Below are positions 26,009 through 38,047 of a stretch of 64,000 nt of DNA, one piece after another. The position numbers and the translations under genes are program-made. The stretch comes from Lama glama (Eukaryota), in contig CM052816.1 of assembly GCA_028534125.1 (NCBI GenBank), positions 11,410,001 to 11,474,000 on the forward strand, in the 5' to 3' direction. A model generated the notes under the pieces. It was not told the DNA's origin, made no database searches, and saw only the letters and a list, made by a program, of their open reading frames with translations. How positions within the stretch are numbered: position 1 is the stretch's first letter; every line of letters starts with the position of its first letter.

Positions 26009-27363
26009 CGGGGGNNNNNNNNNNNNNNNNNNNNNNNNNNNNNNNNNNNNNNNNNNNNNNNNNNNNNNNNNNNNNNNNNNNNNNNNNNNNNNNNNNNNNN
26101 NNNNNNNNNNNNNNNNNNNNNNNNNNNNNNNNNNNNNNNNNNNNNNNNNNNNNNNNNNNNNNNNNNNNNNNNNNNNNNNNNNNNNNNNNNNNNNNNNNNN
26201 NNNNNNNNNNNNNNNNNNNNNNNNNNNNNNNNNNNNNNNNNNNNNNNNNNNNNNNNNNNNNNNNNNNNNNNNNNNNNNNNNNNNNNNNNNNNNNNNNNNN
26301 NNNNNNNNNNNNNNNNNNNNNNNNNNNNNNNNNNNNNNNNNNNNNNNNNNNNNNNNNNNNNNNNNNNNNNNNNNNNNNNNNNNNNNNNNNNNNNNNNNNN
26401 NNNNNNNNNNNNNNNNNNNNNNNNNNNNNNNNNNNNNNNNNNNNNNNNNNNNNNNNNNNNNNNNNNNNNNNNNNNNNNNNNNNNNNNNNNNNNNNNNNNN
26501 NNNNNNNNNNNNNNGGGAACATTCTGCCCTGGTGCCTCTGTGAACTTGCGCCTCTAAGACAAATGAACAAGCAGCGGAGTTCTGGCGCGCTGTGGAGGGG
26601 CTGGTGTGGGCTGGTGCCGCCGTTTTCTCCAACCCTGCCTATCAAGTGTGGAGCTGGGCAGGGAGCAGCACTGAACTGGGGAGCGACCCACCCACCCACC
26701 GTACAGGAGCATGGTGCAGGACATGGCATTGGGACAGTACGTGACCTGTCCGCCTACTGACGCTGGAGCATGGTACTGGGAGCAGCACAGACCACGGGCG
26801 CGGCCGGAGGGCCTCTGGAACCACTGAGCCAAGTTCACGCAGCAGGACCAGGGCAGGAGCGGCAACAACCACAGAACAAAGAGGAGGCCCTGCTCAATGG
26901 CCAGGGCGGGCTCTGGCCACCACATCACCGGCCACACCCCCAACCAAAGGGATAACAGCCAAAATGCACGGAAGGAAGACTTGGCAATCACCCATACTTA
27001 AAAAGGACGTCACAACAGACTTATTATGAGTGCGCAGTCTACACAAGAACATATGCTTCTTTTTATTTTAATTTTTAATTAAAAATTTTTTAATTCTTTT
27101 TCTAATCTTAAAAATTTTCTTTAAAAAGTTTAAAATTAATTTTTTAAAAATTTGTCTCAAGTTGATCTATAGTTCTCTTTGTTTCTTTCTTCTGGTATTG
27201 ATTATACGCTGTTCTCAAAATCTTTTTTCTTTTAAAAATTTGTCTCAATTTGATTTTTATTTCTCTTTATCTTGTCCTATACTGTTTTCAAATCTTTTTT
27301 CTTCTTTTAAATTAAAAAAAATTTTTTTTTCGGTGGTGGTGGTGTTTTGTTTTGGTTTTGGCT

Positions 27364-27396
<33 letters not shown>

Positions 27397-28890
27397 GTTT
27401 TACTTCCACATCTGCTTTAAATAAGTAAATAAAATAAATAAACCCCTTCAGGACTGACAGTGAGATTGATTGTGAGAGAATGGAAAAAGATACTCCACGC
27501 AAATGGGAATGAAAAGAAAGCAGGAGTAACAATACTGATTTCAGACAAAACAGACTTTAAAACAAAGGCCATAGAAGAACACACAATGGAGTAAAGACAG
27601 TCTCTCCAGCAAATGGTGTTGGGAAAACTGGACAGCAACATGTAAATCAGTGAAGTTAGAATACTCCCTCACACCACACACACAAAAAACCCCTCAAAAT
27701 GGATTAAAGACTTAAATATAAGACAAGACACAGTAAACCTTCTAGAAGAAAACATAGGCAAAACATTATCTCACATACATCTCAGCATTGTTTTCCTAGG
27801 GCAGTCTACCCAAGCAATAGAAATAAAAGCAAAAATAAACAAATGGGACCTAATTAAACTTACAAGCTTTTGTACAGCAAAGGAAATTGTAAGCAAAACA
27901 ACAACCTGCAGAATGGGAGAAAATATTTGCAAAAGATGAATATAATAATAAGAAAAAAACAAACAACCCAATCCAAAAATGGGCAGAAGACCTAAACAAG
28001 CAATTCTCCAATGAAGTAACATACAGATGACCAACAGGTACATGAAAAAGTGCTCAGTATCACTAACTATCAGAGAAATGCAAATCAAAACTACAATGAA
28101 GTATCACCTCACACCAGTCAGAATGGCCATCATTCAAAAGTTCACAAATGATAAATGCTGGAGAGGCTGTGGTGGGAATGCAGTTTGGTGCAACTATTGT
28201 GGAAAACAGTATGGAGATTCTTCAAAAGACCAAAAATAGATTTACCATATGATCCAGCAATCCCTCTCCTGGGCATATATCCAGAGGGAACCCTAATACA
28301 AAAAGAAACCTGCACCCCAATGTTCATAGCAACACTATTTACAATAGCCAAGACATGGAAGTAAACTAAATGTCCATCGACAGATGACTGGATAAAGAAG
28401 TTGTGGTATATTTATACAATGGACTATTACTCAGCCATAAAAAATAATAAAATAATGCCATTTGCAGCAACATGGATGGCCCTGGAGAATGTCATTCTAA
28501 GTGAAGTAAGCTGGAAGGAGAAAGAAAAATACCATATGGTATCACTCATATGTGGAATAAAAAAAGAAGACAAATGAACTTATGTATGGAACAGAAACAG
28601 ACTCACAGACATAGAAAACAAACTTATGGTTACCGGGGGGAAGGGGGTGGGAAAGGATAAATTTGGAGTTTGAGATTTGCAGATACTGACTGGTATATAT
28701 GAAATAAATAAACAAGCTTATACTGTATATAGCACAGGAAACTATATTCAATATCTTATAGTAGCTTATGGTGAAAAAGAATATGAAAATGAATATATGT
28801 ATATTCTTGTATGACTGAAGCAATGTGCTGTACACCAGAAATTGACACAACATTGTAAACTGACTATAGTTCAACAAAAAAAAGAACATA
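26009..28890 (+). mobile_element. Internally deleted young L1: 5'UTR-like segment + endonuclease fragment + ORF2 C-terminus + 3'UTR + A tail
   Basis: TSD aaaa(c/a)gtggctta at 25996-26008 and 28891-28903. 27463-27573 encodes RLIVREWKKILHANGNEKKAGVTILISDKTDFKTKAI (L1 EN); from 27575 [19 protein letters not shown] (late ORF2). Confidence 0.8.
26015..26514. other. Assembly gap (500 N)
   Basis: Run of N; round size suggests a placeholder or estimate. Confidence 0.99.
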
Positions 28891-28949
28891 AAAAAGTGGC
28901 TTAAACAATAATAACAGAAGTAATCTGTGCTCCTTTCTGAAGATTAACA

Positions 28950-29680
28950 AAATACAAGTCAGCAGAGGAAAACAAAAACCATCTAGATTCTCACTGTCTG
29001 GTAATCACCACTGTTAATATTTTGGTACATATTCTTCTAGTCCTTGATCCATTTATATGACACACATGTATTTATAAAGTTAGTCTCATGCAGTTAATTT
29101 GGTTTTTTTTTCTTAATTGTGCTAAAAACACATGACAAAATTTACTGTAATAACCATTCTAAGTATGCAGTTCAGTAGCATTAATCATATTCATGGTGTT
29201 GTGGAACAGATCTCCAGAACTTCATCTTCTAAATCTGAAACTCCATCCCCATTAAACTTAATTTTACTTAATGACACATCACACATCTTGCCATAATACC
29301 AAATACTCCATGATATTGAATATTCTCCTTTAACACAATTTTAATGAGTATATATCTTTCCATCACCATAGTTTAAAAAAAACTAAATCCTTATTGCTGG
29401 GTATTTAGATTATTTCTGATTTGTCACCACTATGCACCATGCTACAGTGAATATTTTAGCATATTTTGTACATATATCTTTGTACACTTGTTTTAATACT
29501 TCCTTATAATGAGCTCTCAGGTGTGGAATTAATGACTCCAAAGAGATACACATTTTCAATATCCTCGATGTATGTTTGAGTTTGGATGTGAGTGATGGCA
29601 CCAATTTGTACTCCTATCAGTAGAATGCAAAGGCCCATTTTCCCAGTTCTTGCCAGAAATGGGTATTATCATCCAGCATC
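28950..29680 (-). mobile_element. Old L1 fragments (L1M-type)
   Basis: ttaattgtgctaaaa...gttcagtagcattaa...ctgaaactccatccccattaa; gggtatttagattatttc...gtggaattaatgactc. Confidence 0.55.
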
Positions 29681-29809
29681 TTTTCTTTTGAGACTTTAGT
29701 TAGTTCTGAAATGAGCCTCCTAGCATTAGCAATGGCTCTCAGGTGTCACTCTAACACACACATAATTCTGAATAAGCTCAAATCAGATGTAGATTTGATA
29801 CTCACGTAC

Positions 29810-29905
29810 CTCTACAAACAAGATTGGGAAGATGCCCACTTTATCTCCTAGCTTTCCTTCTGCCCAGTTCTCATCCACTCGGCTGATCACAGTGATGATA
29901 TCATC
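29810..29905 (-). CDS. SH3RF2: SH3RF2 internal coding exon (probably exon 4): C-terminal half of second SH3 domain
   Basis: Read by hand on the minus strand: [32 protein letters not shown]. Acceptor ctttctttctttcag|GAT, donor GAG|gtacgt; 96 bp, in frame with both neighbouring exons. Confidence 0.95.
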
Positions 29906-32020
29906 CTGAAAGAAAGAAAGTCCTCTGGTCAGCATTTACTTTCAGTTTTCAGGTGGTGAAAACGTTTGGTAGAGATCAGCTTAGAGTCCCAAATGGTGTA
30001 AATTGCAAGGAATGGAGCTCTTCCACGATTTATTACAAAATTTTCCACTGAAATAATCTTTCTCCATAAAAGGCAGTATTTGGGTCACCAAGACCCAAAG
30101 AGGAGTAGAAATAATTTGGAGGATCCATGAAATCCAACAGGAAAATAGAAATGTCTCTCATTTTCCATCACCAGCAGAATCTGGGCTTTTCACTTAAATT
30201 AACCTGATGGGGAATTCAAGATAGAAGCCATAAGGAGACAGACTCTTGGAAGAATGAATTGTATTCTAATGTTGAACAGTTTTCAGAACCTGTTCAATTT
30301 TTAATGCATCAAAATTAAGTGGCTTTCTATTCAAATCTTTCTTGTTATCAAAGGTTACATGTAGATTTGTAGAAAAGTTTAGAAATACAGGTAAGCAAAG
30401 CAAAGAAAGAAATCCTGTCACAATCTAGATACAACCACTGTTAACATCTTGGTTAACATATTTTTTCCCAGATTCTTTTCTATGAAGATAAAACATATAA
30501 ACACACTAATTAAAAATTTTTTCCAGAAACACATGTCCATGTATATAATAAAGTATATACATTTTAGATGAATTTTTAAAATAGAATATATCCATGAAAC
30601 CCCCACCCAGAGTAAGAGATGTAAAGCATTTCAAGCATCCGGTTGGCTCTTTTGTGCTCTTTCCTTCCTCCTAGCAAGAGGTAACATACAAATGAAGTCA
30701 TACAGGACACATTGATTGTTCCCTTAATATCATACCTTTCCACTTCCATACTTTCTCAGCAATCTAAACCTGAATATTATCCATTAATCTGTCTGATCTA
30801 TGCACCTCAGTAATGTGGATGAATCCAAATCTAAATCCATTACTGCATTATACCTTTTCTTACCTTTCTATGTCCTTATGACAACTCACAGTTAGTTACA
30901 CATTTACAGGTAATAATTTCTTTGATGCCTGTCCACCCCATCAGAACTTAAACTCCATGCATGCAGGGCCTGCATCTGTTTTGTTCATTTCTGTGTCCCT
31001 AGTACCTTATGCAGGGCCTTCCCTTTAGTAGTCAACCATTCAGTATATTTCTTCCTTTCTCTGTTTTTTAAAAATTTTTTATTGAGGTAGAGTTGATGTA
31101 CAATATTATATAAGTTTTAGATGTACAACATAGTGATTCACAAATTTTAAACAATATTTCTTGAATGCATGCATGCATGAATGAATAAATGAATGTGCAA
31201 ATAAATTGTACAACTGACTGAGATAGAAGACACTAGGAAAAGAATAGCTTCAAGAGGGCAGATCTTGAGTTTTACTTGGACATGCTGAGTTGAGGAAGAC
31301 CGTGAGATTTCCTAGCGTAGTCTTGGCCTTCCATAGCCCTCCAGAAGGGATCAGGTCTTCTCTTCTGGTTCCTTCTACCATAATTTCCTATTTGCATGTC
31401 TTTCTTCCACTAGACTGCTGGGCTCCATGAAGATAGGGGACTATCACTCATCACTTTATCCCCAGCAGACAGCTTGGCACATGGATGGACTCAGTGAATG
31501 AAGAAGCAGGTGAGGTAAGTGTCCTGGCTTACAGATTCCCAGAGAGGGGCCAAAAAGCAGATCACACACCTGCTGGTGTCATCCGGTTGTGTCCCTAGAG
31601 CACAGTGTCTAGTGCCTGGCATGAAGTAAATACTCAATAAATGCTTGTCGAATTGAACTGCCCTCCTCCAGCTGTAGTCAGAGCATGAAATTTGCAGCTG
31701 GGCTACAGAATAACATTCCTTAGGGGACTCACTCCAAGGTGCCAAGACAATAACGAAGATCAGTGTTTCAAAATATGGAGGGCAGTGAGGTTATCTGATC
31801 TGAGGATCTGAAGTAAATCTTATTTCAGGTAGTGATGGAATAAAAATGTTTTACAAACCAAAAGACCTTTCCTGAGCTACTGTAGCAGTACCACTTCTTG
31901 TGCTTGTAATTGACCTACTTATTGTAAGTAGCATAGGCTAAAAGCACCACAACTTTGGTTTCTATGGGAGAATGAAAATGTTTAGGGAATGATAAATACT
32001 GAATACAGAGACTTAAGGTA

Positions 32021-32110
32021 CAGTCTGCCCCTCATACCCACGAACTCTGTGTCCTCAGGATTCAGTGTGTCCTGGAATCAGTCCCCTTTGGACGTTGAGG
32101 ATCGTTGAAG
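32021..32110. mobile_element. Internally deleted Tigger/MER2-like MITE
   Basis: Resembles both MER2 ends: ta-cagtctgcccctcatacccacg...ggattca and gtcctggaatcagtcccc...gaggatcgttg. Confidence 0.45.
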
Positions 32111-32810
32111 TCTAGACTTCAGTAGACTTGTCATTACTTGCAAATGGTGACGAGTCATCCAATGAAAAAGAGACGGGAACAATATTGGGGTAACTCATGT
32201 GCTTGGAAAATGTATCTTGTAAGAAGTTATTTATGTATAAAGATATAATTATGATATTGTGCATGTTTGGAATGTTTTGAATGCAATGTTTTCAACAAAA
32301 TAGAATGTTGTCAGTGAGTAGAACTAGGTGATCAGAACGTGGTCAGCAAGAATACTCTTACAGATAGATACACGATGAAGAGGTAAGAGCTGCCGTTCTG
32401 CACAGCAGGCTATTAAACTGTGTTTGTAATTTCCTGTCTAAGTATCTGTTTCTCCCACTACTCTGCCTGAGGGCAGGTGCTGTGGCTTGTTCATGCTTCC
32501 TCCCCATGTCTGCAAAAACCAGGTGCTCAAGAGCAATAGTAGAATGAATGAATGAGGGTGTGAATACTTATTTTTGTAATTGCAATAGAAAAGGCTTGCG
32601 GGCTTCCATCAAACTCCTATTAGATTTCTCTGGTGACTTCACTTTCATGTAGTTTGAATTATACAAATGTATTACCTGTATATGCACACATATATACATT
32701 TATGTATAAAATATAATTTTAAAAAATCAGCGAATATGAAACAAACAACTCCAGGTTCTGCCATGGTCTTTATGTGGTCATGTGACTCCGGTGGCTGTCT
32801 AAACCCTTAC

Positions 32811-33080
32811 CTTGAGGAAGGACAGGCAGTCCTGGCTCTCAGTCTTGTCCTTGCCTCGTAGGTCGAAGTTGTAGAGGGCCCGGCAGAGTGGGGGTGGCTG
32901 GGGCAGCTGCTTGATGACTTCCACGGAGCTGGCTGGGAAGACCCCGCTGACTCCATTGATTTCCCCCTGATACCAGTTCTCATCCAGCTGTCTCCGGAGG
33001 AGGATGACATCTCCCTTATTAAACCTTAGGTCACCAGGATTCTGCCCTCGGTAGTTACATAAGGCCTTTGCTCGAGGCAC
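32811..33080 (-). CDS. SH3RF2: SH3RF2 internal coding exon (probably exon 3 by human numbering): first SH3 domain and N-terminal half of second SH3 domain
   Basis: Translates [90 protein letters not shown], with SH3 ALYDY/WY-G/GxFP signatures. Acceptor cccctgcag|GTG, donor AAG|gtaagg; 270 bp, phase 0-0. Confidence 0.96.
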
Positions 33081-33149
33081 CTGCAGGGGCACAGACCAAT
33101 GAAACATGTACTTGACTTAGAGGCTGGAGGGACAGACGGGATCACACTG

Positions 33150-33370
33150 ATAACTAATTATGGAGCACTTCCTCTGTGCTAAGTGCTGTGTGTAGTAGAT
33201 CTTGTCTAACCTTTGAGATAGACGCTCTTACTATCCCCATTTCTAAGACAGGGTGACCGAGGCACAGAGTGGTTGAGTAACTGGCCAAAGGTAACCCAGC
33301 TGGGAAATGGCAGATGTGGGATTTCAACTCACACTAACTGATTTTAGAGCCCCTGTTGTTAATCAGTAAG
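33150..33370 (-). mobile_element. MIR SINE next to the exon acceptor
   Basis: ccccatttctaagacagggtgaccgaggcacagagtggttgagtaactggccaaagg. Confidence 0.75.
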
Positions 33371-33439
33371 CAGGGAATGGCATTTTGAACTTGCCTCTGC
33401 AACTAAGTGCATTTGAGTGAATCGGTGACTCTTTCTGGG

Positions 33440-33640
33440 ACTTGAATACTGATTGTGAATTCTGGCTCCACTTCTTTCCTCTTATGTGACCATGGTCAAG
33501 GTAATTCATCTTCCTTAAACCATACTCATTTATAAAATGGGGCGATCACAGAACACCCACCTCGTTAGGGTAGTTGTGAGGACTAAGTATTATACTGCAT
33601 TTTGCGTATTGCTTGGTATAGAGTCTGTGCTCAATACGCG
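33440..33640 (+). mobile_element. MIR SINE
   Basis: tgtgaccatggtcaag...ctcatttataaaatgggg...cctcgttagggtagttgtgagg. Confidence 0.7.
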
Positions 33641-34783
33641 ACACTTACAATCATCATCTGTAGTGTGTCGGGCTAATGATAGGAGTTCTAGCTACTCCTC
33701 AGTGTTGGCAGGAAGAAAATTGAGGTGAAAACCCCCTGAAAACAGAAAGTGCTGTGTGAGAGTGATGCAATACACTTACTCTTCAGCCTTCTCTAGACAG
33801 TGTAAACCTCATGTGTGTTTGGATCATTAGGAAGCACAGCCGAGACAAAGAAACAGTCAGAAATCCATCATTACTTTAAAAAAATCAGCTAAAGAATCAT
33901 CACTTGTCAAATCAGTTGTCTGTCTAAATAATTATTTCCATCAAATGCATTTCTTTTCCCTAACTGGAACTGATTCCTTCACAGAGAAATGGCCTCATTC
34001 TGGTCTTGTGTGAAGTCAGTTTGTCAAATGGAAAGTTGTAATAACTTAGGTTTTATAGAAGGCCCTTCTGTGTCACCTGAGATTGTATTTTGTGCTTTCT
34101 TCAGCCATGGGGTGAAGTAGTCCCCTCTCCTGGGGACAAGTCTTGCTATTCCTAAGGGGGTGTAAGAAGGCATTAAATCAGTTCTTCAAGGAACTTCTAA
34201 GTCTGCAATGTTCATCTGAAGAGGACTTTCCAGCAGCTTAGGGGTAGAGATGAAATCTGATCAGTGTTATATTGCTGATGGGATCATGGGGCAGGGTTTA
34301 TCTGCTGGTCCCTGGATACAACGAGGAGAGCCCGGGGAGTCAGAAAAACCACGGAACACAGCTCCTCCTTGGGACACTGGTGGACAAATGAGCAAAGATG
34401 TATGTTCTAGGAGGTTTAGCACGATGTTGTGGATAAGTGGACTTGGTGGAATAAGTTATGATACACCCATACAATGGAAAACCCTGCAGCCATTCAAATT
34501 GATGATGCTCATCTATAATTAATAACACTGAGAGTTACTCATGCTGTTAAGTGTAATAGAAGAGGTTAAAGGCAGTTAAGTAGACTAGGCTTTCTTTGTA
34601 AATATACACACAGATGTATATTTTTTCAATCTGGGGAAAATGCTAGATGGCTTTACACCAACATTTTAAGAGTGGTTATTTCTAAGTGGTGAGATTTTTG
34701 AATATTTAAAAAAAATTGTCTCCCTAAGTCCTTTGCAATTCTACAATTTTCTATTAAAATTGGGTAGTAAAAAGAAAATGAAT

Positions 34784-34999
34784 ACTGATGGACATTTAAG
34801 TTGTTTCCATGTCTTGGCTATTGTAAATAGTGCTGCTTTGAACATGGAGGTACACGTCCAAACCTCTTTTTAAATGTTTGTTTCTCATTTGAATTTGGGT
34901 TTTGGTGACTCTTCATATACTCTGCACATCTTTCTATTGGGATGTTTGCATTTGTTAGTAACAGACCAGTGTATGTTGTGGATCTGAAATTAAAAAAAA
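34784..34999 (+). mobile_element. TSD-flanked poly(A)-tailed retroposed segment containing antisense L1 sequence
   Basis: 15-bp TSD aaaaagaaaatgaat at 34769-34783 and 35000-35014; A tract from 34992; first ~70 bp match antisense L1 (compare 22047-22110). Confidence 0.65.
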
Positions 35000-35224
35000 A
35001 AAAAGAAAATGAATGAAGCTGCGGGATGAAAAGTAAAGGATGTGGGAGGAATTTAGGAAGAAAATCAACCAAGCTGAGTAGGTAAACAAACCACACAACC
35101 ATCTTTTGGAGACGATGGTCCCTTACCTGAGAAGTAAGCAAGTAGAAGCAGAATGAGAGTAGAGGATTTCTAGCAAATGATCTGATCTGTTAGACACCTT
35201 AGATGTATCAGGAAATAATAGTTG

Positions 35225-35612
35225 GCCCTCCCTATTCCTTCTCCCAGTTTTGCGCTGACATAAATCACATTTTTCTGGGTACCTGAGTACCTGGCACACA
35301 CTGGTCCCATTTTCTAGCCTCCCTGGCTGCTACATCTGAGAGAAGCTATATCCAATGGGATATAAGCAACTTTTAGGAAATGTTTTTCCTGAGATAAACT
35401 GATTTTTTTTTTCTTTTCCTTCATTTGGCTATGTGGAATGCAGATGTGATTGTTGGAACTCTAGCTGCCACCTTGAACAATGAGGATGAGGGTCACAATT
35501 AAAAAGGGGAGAAAGTAGTCTGGGTTGCAGAGCTGCCAGGCAAATCCTAAACTACTTTACTTCCAGACTTTTGTGTGAAAGTTCAATAAACTTCCATCTT
35601 GCTTAATACACT
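35225..35612 (+). mobile_element. Old MaLR LTR (MLT1J/K/L-like)
   Basis: gtggaatgcagatgtgat...gctgccaccttgaacaatgagg...ccagactt...aataaacttcc. Confidence 0.55.
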
Positions 35613-35699
35613 GATAATTTGGATTCATAAAAGGAAAAGGAAAGGAAGAATGAAAAAATTAGGGGAAAAAAGACTTGAAGCCCCCTTGCCTATGCATAA

Positions 35700-35925
35700 T
35701 AATGATAGTATCAATAGCTAATATTTATTGAGTGCTTCTTCCTATGTGCTAAGTACTCTGCTAAGCACTTCATAATATATTTTATTTAATTCTCACAACA
35801 ACCTCTGATTAGAAAACAGGGGATTGGAGAGGTTAAACAGTTGCCCAAGTTCACAAAACTAGAAAGTTGTGTATCTTAGGATTTGAGCTCAACTCTGTGT
35901 CCCCAAGCCCAGGCTCTTAACCACT
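35700..35925 (-). mobile_element. MIR SINE, followed by a MER5-like fragment to about 36100
   Basis: gctaatatttattgagtgct...ctcacaacaacc...ggagaggttaaacagttgcccaag. Confidence 0.75.
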
Positions 35926-37611
35926 CAACCAGTGTTTCTCAAAATAAAGTCTGTGGTTTATCTACATTGAAATCTTGAGATGTTAAAAATTGCAGATTCC
36001 TGGACCCAATCCCTGACCTCTTTGACCAGAACCTCATAGCGGGCAATGAAAGTAGCTGCATTTTTATCAAGCTCTCCCACCCATCCAAGTTTGATGCCCC
36101 TGCTCTGAGTTATATCTTATTCTAACTAAAATGGGAGCAGTGGAGTTTTGATGTAGGTTTCATAAAAGGCTAGGCTGCTTTTTCCCTTTCGTTTCTGGAA
36201 GACATTCCCGTTCAAGTGGCTTACGTATTTTAGTGACCACTGAGCAAGCATATTAAACTAAAACAGCACAAAGTGCTTAAATCTCTTTGAAGAGGCATGC
36301 ACTTAGAAACCCTGAGATAGCACTCATTGCTTGGCCATCTTCATCTTTCCTCAGTCTCCCCTCTCAGTATGGTAGGTAAGTATCATGGAAGTGAATCATA
36401 AATTCTACTTTTAACACGAAGACTCTCTTCATCACCTTTATTCTCCCCCATTATACATTCAGTTCTACATTTACACGCATAGGAAACATTGGCTTCCATG
36501 CTATAAAGTGGGTGGGGATGGGGGAGGGAAGGAGAGAGAAAGAATCTGAAGAGGGGAACTGTGGTTCTGGCAAGCCATCGAAATGCGTCTTACTACACGA
36601 CTGCATTTGCTATGTACTGTCTTCATTAAAATGATCTCAATACCCTGTGAAGTAGGTGGGTCATCCCATTTTATCAATGAAGAAACAGAAGTTTGGAGAT
36701 ATTCAATGTTACCGGGCAAGGTCATGCAGCCTGGAGACAGACTTCCATTCATTTGACCTCAAAATCCAGACGCATCTACCACCCTCATTCTCTTTCATGC
36801 CACTGAAATCACCTAGTATGTTTTTCCATCATAAAACTCATTTGGAGTGCTGTTTTATAATCAAAATCTAAATACAGTGTGAATGTAATTTGCTTGCTGC
36901 TGGCTGCATTAGCATGAATTATTGAACTCCAGAGCCCTCACAGACAAGTTAAGCACTTGGAAGCCGGTTGATTCTACCCAGTGGTTAGATTTTCAAGGGA
37001 ATCTCTCCAGGTTCTCTCAAAGGTAAAGGACTCCAAGTTCCACACCCACCATTACCCGTTGTATTGATGGAAACAGCCTTTACTACCCACAGTTGTCTTC
37101 TGTCTCTATAGGGGCCAGCAGGGGGAGGGGGGATGAGGATAAAGTGGGTGTGGAGGTCGCATAGCCAGGTCATTACCAAACTCTTTCCTGGTGTTTTTCA
37201 GAAAGCCAGATAATCCGATGGGGGCTTGTGTCTGTGCCTAAAAATCTTTCCTTTTCTGAGATTCAGAAGGCTTAAAACTTCTATGCTTCTGGCATTTGTG
37301 TATTGATTTGTCACCTCAGTGGGATCTGAAAGCCACGAGGGCCATGCTTTTGATGGAAGGATGAAGCACAGAACCCAGAAAGAAGGGAACAGGGCATGCA
37401 GTGACAGTAGTAGTGAAATTAGGTGGTAGTAGTTCGTGTTTTATTAGTGAAACCTCAGGCATCCCTTGCCTGAGGAGCCACCTGTTTGCTCTCCATCTTC
37501 TCATGGGCATGTCATTCACTCTGGTCACACCAGGCACAGACAAGGATGTGGCCCAGGCTTTACTCCAAGCAGCAAGTGGACCCAAGTTTGGCTCGGCAAC
37601 AGTTCAAGTTA

Positions 37612-38047
37612 TATAACTGAGCAAGACCCTGTGGGGGCCTTTCTGGGGACAGGACCTGCCATCCACGCTATAGATAATATTCTGAGCTGTATCCTTGAGT
37701 TGTTTTACCCTCATCATGTGGAAAAAGTTAACTGCATGCACATACATGCAGACCCCAGACCAGTTCAAACCAAAAGGTTGATGATGTGAACTCCCAAAAT
37801 GCCACCCAGTTAGTTACCTTTCTACTAACCCATCAGAAAAATATCCATGAGCTGATCAGGCACCCTGCAACCCTCTCCCTCACCCTTCCCTGAAATCCAT
37901 TAGAGAGTTCAGGTCTTTTGAGCATTAGCTGCCCATACTCCTCGTTTGGCCTTGTAATAAATGCTGCCCTATCCTGCACTACAACCTACTGTCAGTAGAT
38001 TGCTTTACTCCAAGCAGTCAAGCAGAGCCATGTTTGGCTCGGTAACA
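37612..38047 (+). mobile_element. ERV1-type solo LTR inserted in an older MaLR LTR
   Basis: tataactgagcaagaccc...aataaa (37955-37960)...gtttggctcggtaaca; MLT1-like sequence continues 38056-38467 ending gtcctgattaataca. Confidence 0.7.

Noticed and set aside
25885..26760. Four long ORFs across the gap
   Set aside because: Artefacts of translating 500 Ns.
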